From an uncultured Thermoprotei archaeon (GTDB lineage Archaea > Thermoproteota > Thermoprotei > Thermofilales > B15-G2): 64,000 bases of DNA. This document shows positions 59,252 to 64,000 of the stretch, one piece after another. The first letter of the stretch is position 1, and the number at the start of each line of letters is the position of its first letter. The stretch is taken from contig CBDUKN010000008.1 of NCBI GenBank assembly GCA_965367815.1, positions 28,237 through 92,236 of the forward strand. Direction: 5' to 3'. Position numbers and translations under genes: made by a program. Under the pieces are notes generated by a model, which saw only the letters and a program-made list of their open reading frames with translations, was not told the DNA's origin and did not search any database.

Positions 59252-59689
59252 TCACTCTATGATTACTTTATCTATTCCAAAGTATCTTTTTGCAAGAATA
59301 CTTGCCCTACTTATATTTCGGGCATGCTTGCCTATTGCTAGACCCTTCTCCTGCGGAGGAACAGTAACCCTCGCAACTATTCTTCCGTCACGGTATCTTG
59401 TTAGCTCGACGTTTGTTACTTTAGCAGGATATAAGCAATTTTTGATAAGCTCTTTAGGGGTGTCCGCGTACTCAATTACTTCGATATTTTTGCCTGTAAG
59501 CTGCTGTAGTAGTTTTACATTTCGACCTTCCTTTCCTACTGCTGCACCTACTTGTCCTTTTTCAACAACAAAAATTATTCTGTTTCGCTCGTGATCTATT
59601 ACACAATCCTTAACTACTACTCTAGTCAGCGTTTCGAAAAATGCTATATATTTCATTTCTTCTTCAGTTAGCTTAATTACTTTATTCAT
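59252..59689 (-). CDS. nusA: Archaeal NusA-like protein (two KH domains)
   Basis: GAAVGKEGRNVKLL and LAIGKHARNISR. The start is taken at the internal MNKVIKL just after the L30e stop; the track ORF extends to 59755. Confidence 0.85.
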   Translation of the reverse strand: MNKVIKLTEEEMKYIAFFETLTRVVVKDCVIDHERNRIIFVVEKGQVGAAVGKEGRNVKLLQQLTGKNIEVIEYADTPKELIKNCLYPAKVTNVELTRYRDGRIVARVTVPPQEKGLAIGKHARNISRASILAKRYFGIDKVIIE

Positions 59690-59693
59690 ATTC

Positions 59694-63847
<4,154 letters not shown>

Positions 63848-63848
63848 T

Positions 63849-64000
63849 TTACTCCACCCTATCAACAAGCTTCAACCTAGGGGCAATACACATACTCATT
63901 AATTCCTGAAGTAATAGCTTAAATGCATAAGACATTACTACAGGATGTAGTGACCCCTTATCTTTACATAGCGGACATACAGGTCTGCCTCTCTTTACGT
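63849..64000 (-). CDS. rpoB: DNA-directed RNA polymerase subunit B, C-terminal end (rest outside the window)
   Basis: My own translation is ...[45 protein letters not shown]. It matches the RpoB C-terminus and sits upstream of rpoA1. Confidence 0.85.
   Translation of the reverse strand, partial: VKRGRPVCPLCKDKGSLHPVVMSYAFKLLLQELMSMCIAPRLKLVDRVE

Overview
Archaeal chromosomal segment with AT-rich coding DNA and GC-rich stable RNAs, a pattern typical of hyperthermophiles. The gene content is split rpoA1/rpoA2, RpoD with Fe-S motifs, Spt4/RpoE', the exosome-proteasome superoperon, KEOPS subunits, Orc1/Cdc6 plus RFC, intron-bearing tRNAs and an intron-bearing cbf5. From this I infer a crenarchaeote (Thermoprotei, Desulfurococcales/Sulfolobales-like); the assignment is not proven. 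About 90% of the window is core information-processing genes. These include more than 45 ribosomal protein genes, EF-1alpha, EF-2, six RNA polymerase subunits, NusA, SecY, RtcB/archease, enolase and an ECF transporter. The ribosomal protein operons are unusually fragmented. The only accessory patch is 1-4.9 kb. It holds a truncated archaeal-ATPase gene, a two-frame hypothetical gene, an Fe-alcohol dehydrogenase, a tnpB-only IS200/IS605-type element with a GC-rich 3' flank (candidate omega-RNA), and an adjacent ~600-nt GC-rich block that I could not classify. Main findings follow. (1) The ribosomal protein S5 gene is interrupted by a 24-nt sequence that folds into a textbook bulge-helix-bulge splicing motif, and the predicted cut sites restore the conserved S5 frame exactly. 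I know of no described ribosomal protein mRNA intron of this kind. (2) cbf5 carries a 22-nt intron in the codon of its catalytic Asp, and this intron resembles the S5 intron in sequence. (3) The S5-L30 gene pair is inverted inside the otherwise collinear spc cluster, and L6 is missing from it. (4) EF-1alpha and EF-2 have both lost the near-universal switch-I RG(I/V)T motif, reading RDMT and RQMT. (5) There is a TnpB element and a neighbouring structured RNA-like block that shares inverted sequence modules with it. (6) A hypothetical gene needs a -1 frameshift at a U UUA AAA heptamer. All calls come from reading the sequence and ORF translations; no database search was run.
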